From an uncultured virus (IMG/VR IMGVR_UViG_3300017749_000006) (taxonomy: Duplodnaviria > Heunggongvirae > Uroviricota > Caudoviricetes): 20,000 bases of DNA. The stretch lies in IMG/VR virus record IMGVR_UViG_3300017749_000006; one strand, given 5' to 3'. Every line of letters begins with the position of its first letter. Position 1 is the stretch's first letter. The notes under the pieces were generated by a model. That model saw nothing but the letters and a program-made list of their open reading frames with translations. It made no database searches and was not told where the DNA came from. Positions 17,290-20,000 of this stretch are shown here, piece after piece. A program made the translations under genes and the position numbers.

Positions 17290-17844
17290 TTAATGTTTGT
17301 TACCGTAGCGGTCTACATAAACCGCATAGCCTTGACCGTGAGCGTAGCCTCTTGGGTCATAGGATAAAGGGCAAGGGCCACTAAAACTACGCACCGAGCC
17401 GAAAGACCCGCTCGCCACGTCGCGATGGTTTATCTCTTCCATATAGGCGTGGAAGTCGTCTAGTTGCTCGCAGGTCATGTGCGCGGTATCTGCCGCGTAT
17501 TGCTTTTCTTCAAGCGCTATTTTTTCATCAAAACAAGTTTCGCACAGACCGCCTTCATATTCACATCTGTAACATCTACTGTTCTCAATCTCGTCATTGT
17601 ATGCTTGTTGGGCTATAATATCCGCTAATTTTGCGTTTTGGTTAGCACTTAGAGTCCAACCGTATGTTTTGGCCTTTCTCATAGATTCAAGGAACTTTGT
17701 TTGAAACTCGCTTCCATCCCCATTACCGAAGGGGATATGGTCGAGTATATTATACTCGGGTTCTATACGGGTTTCTCCCGCAAACTGTCCTATCATTTCA
17801 TTTGTCATTTCGTCGTCATATTCTAACATGGTGTAGTCCTCCAT
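17290..17844 (-). CDS. Acidic hypothetical protein with CxxC...CxxC (184 aa)
   Basis: Start moved to MEDYTM, 22 nt from the TATA box; contains CYRC and CETC. Confidence 0.75.
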   Translation of the reverse strand: MEDYTMLEYDDEMTNEMIGQFAGETRIEPEYNILDHIPFGNGDGSEFQTKFLESMRKAKTYGWTLSANQNAKLADIIAQQAYNDEIENSRCYRCEYEGGLCETCFDEKIALEEKQYAADTAHMTCEQLDDFHAYMEEINHRDVASGSFGSVRSFSGPCPLSYDPRGYAHGQGYAVYVDRYGNKH

Positions 17845-17865
17845 GTATCTCCTACTAGGTATACC

Positions 17866-17878
17866 CTTATTAAGTTTT
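17866..17878 (-). promoter_or_regulatory. Archaeal BRE/TATA promoter (AAAACTTAATAAG)
   Basis: The same consensus at 22-23 nt spacing precedes five cassette ATGs. Confidence 0.75.
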
Positions 17879-18000
17879 ATTTGTAGTAGCCATATATTAT
17901 TTGTAGTAGCCATATATTATTTGTAGTAGACATCACAGACGACGCTACGCGAGCAGGGGCTTAACCTACTACAAATTTGTAGGGGATATTGTTCTATAAC

Positions 18001-18027
18001 ATAGGCGGGGCTTTCGCCCCGTCCTAT
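18001..18027 (-). terminator. GC hairpin (GAAA loop), no clear T-run
   Basis: Minus strand CGGGGC-GAAA-GCCCCG with an extended ATAGG/CCTAT stem. Confidence 0.6.
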
Positions 18028-18040
18028 CCTACTACAAATA

Positions 18041-18394
18041 TCAGACGATTGGAGTCCACCCAAAATCGTCGCACATAATGTAGTCGCCCATTACGCATAT
18101 AACGTCGCCTACGGACATAGATGTATGAGTGCGGTTAAGCCCTACCCAATGCTGATGGCCGCCTTCGGTATGGCCGCGTGAGAGAGGATTTAACTCATAA
18201 TTATTCATAACGCGAAATAGCCTTTCGCATATGTTTTGAGCCATATCTTCGTCATTTACGGCTATATTGAGTTTTGCTACTGCTTCAGCAGGTAATTGAG
18301 CATGAGTTATGCTCAATGTATCCACCCTAATGTCATTAGGGCGAACATAGTCTCCGTTATTTATTTTTCTGTAGTATATCTTTAGGTCTTCCAT
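18041..18394 (-). CDS. YodL-like domain protein (117 aa)
   Basis: ERLFRVMN...HTSMSVGDVI...MCDDFGW resembles the YodL-like signature (HSLSVSDVV...VDxxGF), recognised from memory. Confidence 0.55.
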   Translation of the reverse strand: MEDLKIYYRKINNGDYVRPNDIRVDTLSITHAQLPAEAVAKLNIAVNDEDMAQNICERLFRVMNNYELNPLSRGHTEGGHQHWVGLNRTHTSMSVGDVICVMGDYIMCDDFGWTPIV

Positions 18395-18416
18395 GTTTTA
18401 ACCGACTCGGCTTCCC

Positions 18417-18429
18417 CTTATAAAGTTTT
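18417..18429 (-). promoter_or_regulatory. Archaeal BRE/TATA promoter (AAAACTTTATAAG)
   Basis: 23 nt from the ATG at 18394; abuts a repeat half-site. Confidence 0.75.
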
Positions 18430-18547
18430 ATTTGTAGTAGGATTTTATTTGTAGTAGATGAATCTTTCGTTAAGGGCTACTACAAATTTGTAGTATACTG
18501 GTCGTTACACGCGAAAAAAACATCTACTACAAATAAAAAGTAAAAAC

Positions 18548-18575
18548 AAAAAAAAAGAGGGGGCAAAGCCCCCTC
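18548..18575 (-). terminator. GC hairpin plus T9 run
   Basis: Minus strand GAGGGGGC-TTT-GCCCCCTC-TTTTTTTTT. Confidence 0.75.
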
Positions 18576-18588
18576 AAACTACTACAAA

Positions 18589-18789
18589 TTAATAACCATA
18601 CCCTTCATTATTATTATAAACTTGAAAGTCATCCGGCTCAAGTCTTAATTGTTCTTCAAAGGCACAGTCCTCTAAACTATAACGCCAAGCACAATCCATA
18701 CAATACGGTACATTACCGTCAAAACAATGGATTTTAGGTTTCATCTTTTTGCATACTTGGCACTCTTTTAATTCTCCTCTAAACTTCAT
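18589..18789 (-). CDS. Small Zn-finger protein with an acidic tail (66 aa), paralog A
   Basis: MKFRGELKECQVC...CMDC...FEEQLRLEPDDF. The ATG is 22 nt from the TATA at 18811-18819. Confidence 0.75.
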   Translation of the reverse strand: MKFRGELKECQVCKKMKPKIHCFDGNVPYCMDCAWRYSLEDCAFEEQLRLEPDDFQVYNNNEGYGY

Positions 18790-18810
18790 AACCATCCGTA
18801 GGAGTATCTC

Positions 18811-18823
18811 CTTATAAACTTTT
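18811..18823 (-). promoter_or_regulatory. Archaeal BRE/TATA promoter (AAAAGTTTATAAG)
   Basis: Identical to the element at 19193-19205. Confidence 0.75.
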
Positions 18824-18915
18824 ATTTGTAGTAGGATTTTATTTGTAGTAGATGTTGAGCGTGATGGCGACCACAAGGGTTAAATGTACTACAAATTTGT
18901 AGGACATCCTTGTAT

Positions 18916-18942
18916 AAAAAAGAGGGGGCTTCGCCCCCCCCC
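18916..18942 (-). terminator. GC hairpin (GAA loop) plus T6 run
   Basis: Minus strand GGGGGC-GAA-GCCCCC-TC-TTTTTT. Confidence 0.7.
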
Positions 18943-18955
18943 AAACTACTACAAA

Positions 18956-19171
18956 TTATTCGCAAGCAAAATAATCTCTCGCTTCATTTTGGCAATAAAT
19001 TGAAAAATCATCTTGTTCAAATCTTAATTCTTCTTGAAAACTTGAATCACATTCTACGCTATCTTCACACATAGAACAAACGCCTCTATCATTAAAACAA
19101 TAAAAGGGGTATTCTTTTTTACATATTATACATATCTTTACGTGATTGGTTACGAAAACGTGTCTGCTCAT
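18956..19171 (-). CDS. Small Zn-finger protein with an acidic tail (71 aa), paralog B
   Basis: CIICKK...CF...CSMC...FQEELRFEQDDFSIY. The TATA box is 22 nt upstream. Confidence 0.75.
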   Translation of the reverse strand: MSRHVFVTNHVKICIICKKEYPFYCFNDRGVCSMCEDSVECDSSFQEELRFEQDDFSIYCQNEARDYFACE

Positions 19172-19192
19172 ACCCTTACGAGAGGGTATCCC

Positions 19193-19205
19193 CTTATAAA
19201 CTTTT
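19193..19205 (-). promoter_or_regulatory. Archaeal BRE/TATA promoter (AAAAGTTTATAAG)
   Basis: 22 nt from the ATG at 19171; abuts a repeat half-site. Confidence 0.75.
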
Positions 19206-19274
19206 ATTTGTAGTAGATAGAGTTAAATATCCCAATGTACTACAAATTTGTAGTACAATTACGCCCACAAGAAC

Positions 19275-19290
19275 GGGGGCTTTCGCCCCC
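19275..19290 (-). terminator. GC hairpin (GAAA loop), weak T-run
   Basis: Minus strand GGGGGC-GAAA-GCCCCC, 11 nt after the stop at 19302. Confidence 0.65.
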
Positions 19291-19301
19291 ACACCCTCGC
19301 C

Positions 19302-19460
19302 TCAATATTCTTGAAAACTTAAATCTAAATGTTCACTTTTTCGGAAATATTGAGCCTTAGCCTTTGCTAGTAGTTTTTCATATTTTTCGATATTACGAGG
19401 GTCAAGCCAATAATCATCATAATCTTGTTCTTCTGTTATTGGGCCGTATGGTCTTTTCAT
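19302..19460 (-). CDS. 52-aa hypothetical protein; not in the ORF track
   Basis: MKRPYGPITEEQDYDDYWLDPRNIEKYEKLLAKAKAQYFRKSEHLDLSFQEY*. GGAGGT SD and ATGA overlap with the upstream gene. Confidence 0.7.
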   Translation of the reverse strand: MKRPYGPITEEQDYDDYWLDPRNIEKYEKLLAKAKAQYFRKSEHLDLSFQEY

Positions 19461-19576
19461 TTTTCTACCTCCATTAATCTTATTCGTTCTTGTAAGTCTA
19501 ATACCATATATACTAAACTTTCTTTTGTATTCTTTTTTATTAATAATTCATATGTCCACTGTTCCGGTTCTAACAT
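19457..19576 (-). CDS. 39-aa helical hypothetical protein; not in the ORF track
   Basis: MLEPEQWTYELLIKKNTKESLVYMVLDLQERIRLMEVEK*. CTTAATAAG TATA is 23 nt upstream (19599-19607). Confidence 0.7.
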   Translation of the reverse strand: MLEPEQWTYELLIKKNTKESLVYMVLDLQERIRLMEVEK

Positions 19577-19689
19577 GGTTTAACCGACTAGGATTGTCCT
19601 TATTAAGTTTTCTATCCTGTATTCTACAAATTTGTAGTACACCTAGTGTTCCAAAAATAAAAAACCTACTACAAATAAGTAAGGTACAT

Positions 19690-19708
19690 CCCCCCGATTA
19701 TCGGGGGG
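19690..19708 (-). terminator. GC hairpin downstream of the last ORF
   Basis: Perfect 8-bp stem, plus strand CCCCCCGA-TTA-TCGGGGGG. Confidence 0.6.
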
Positions 19709-19723
19709 TAGTGTCCTACAAAA

Positions 19724-20000
19724 CTAAGAAAGGGATTTTCTCATATCCGAAGTATCAATGCCCCATTTATCTAATACGTCTAAAACTCTCATGTCTAAAG
19801 AAAATACTCCATCATAATCGACTAATTCATTATCAGTTATCCATAATCCACCCTCGGCATAATATTTATCCGAATGCCCTTTTGCATATGTTTCAAACCA
19901 ACCATAGGTTTTATCTTCTCGCATACCAACAGTGAGTATCATATCACACTCTTCCCATTCTGTTGCGCCCCATGAGCCTTCGTTCCTTACTTTTCCTGTC
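19724..20000 (-). CDS. Hypothetical viral protein, 5' end beyond the window
   Basis: The frame stays open upstream of the track's ATG at 19942: ...TGKVRNEGSWGATEWEECDMILTVGM...YAEGGLWITDNELVDYDGVFSL. Confidence 0.7.
   Translation of the reverse strand, partial: TGKVRNEGSWGATEWEECDMILTVGMREDKTYGWFETYAKGHSDKYYAEGGLWITDNELVDYDGVFSLDMRVLDVLDKWGIDTSDMRKSLS

Larger units (their letters stand above)
16990..19723. repeat. Dispersed intergenic repeat family CTACTACAAAT/ATTTGTAGTAG with central palindromes
   Basis: Half-sites at 17050, 17164, 17198, 17233, 17879, 17899, 17919, 18029, 18430, 18447, 18524, 18579, 18824, 18841, 18946, 19206 and 19666. Palindrome cores at 16991, 17102 (1 mismatch), 17970, 18481, 18890, 19241 and 19625. 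Confidence 0.95.

Noticed and set aside
17164..17929. CRISPR or mini-CRISPR reading of the periodic repeats (17164-17243, 17877-17929)
   Set aside because: The repeat is only 11-15 bp, the intervening sequences are identical or poly-A rather than unique spacers, copies occur in both orientations, and no cas genes are present.
17845..18876. N-terminal extensions given by the ORF track (starts at 17913 and 18876)
   Set aside because: They run through the TATA box and repeat elements; the fixed 22-nt TATA-ATG spacing points to 17844 and 18789.
19236..19257. Protelomerase (telRL-type) site
   Set aside because: The palindrome is short and present about seven times, and no protelomerase is visible. 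A resolution site would be expected once per genome.
16990..19723. Classical integron with attC sites
   Set aside because: No RYYYAAC/GTTRRRY boxes, no integrase in the window, and the cassettes carry their own promoters. The analogy is architectural only.
19525..19935. 136-aa plus-strand ORF
   Set aside because: It spans a promoter, palindrome and hairpin, and lies antisense to better-supported minus-strand genes.
1..20000. tRNA/rRNA genes, inteins or introns in terL/portal/MCP, DGR template-variable repeat pair
   Set aside because: No cloverleaf or rRNA-like stretch was seen, the proteins have ordinary lengths without intein termini, and no reverse transcriptase or adenine-variable repeat pair was noticed.

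Overview
A segment of a tailed dsDNA virus (Caudoviricetes) that most likely infects an archaeon. TATA boxes lie 21-23 nt before leaderless ATGs, internal genes carry GGTG/GGAG SD motifs, the DNA is AT-rich, and the head module recalls halovirus HGTV-1 and marine Poseidoniales viruses (magroviruses); this taxonomy is from recognition, not a search. Positions 1-12140 (minus) hold the morphogenesis genes: portal, three small membrane proteins, a multi-domain prohead protease/scaffold, decoration proteins, major capsid protein, head-completion genes, and a mosaic fibre gene of at least 1765 codons that runs off the left edge and is missing from the ORF track. Positions 12434-15850 (plus) form a TAATG-coupled operon: metallophosphoesterase, 38-aa Zn finger, large terminase and a basic protein. 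Positions 16090-20000 (minus) are the most unusual part: an array of 1-2-gene cassettes, each with its own TATA promoter and GC hairpin. The spacers are built from more than 20 copies of an 11-bp element (CTACTACAAAT) arranged symmetrically around a central palindrome (core TACAAATTTGTA).
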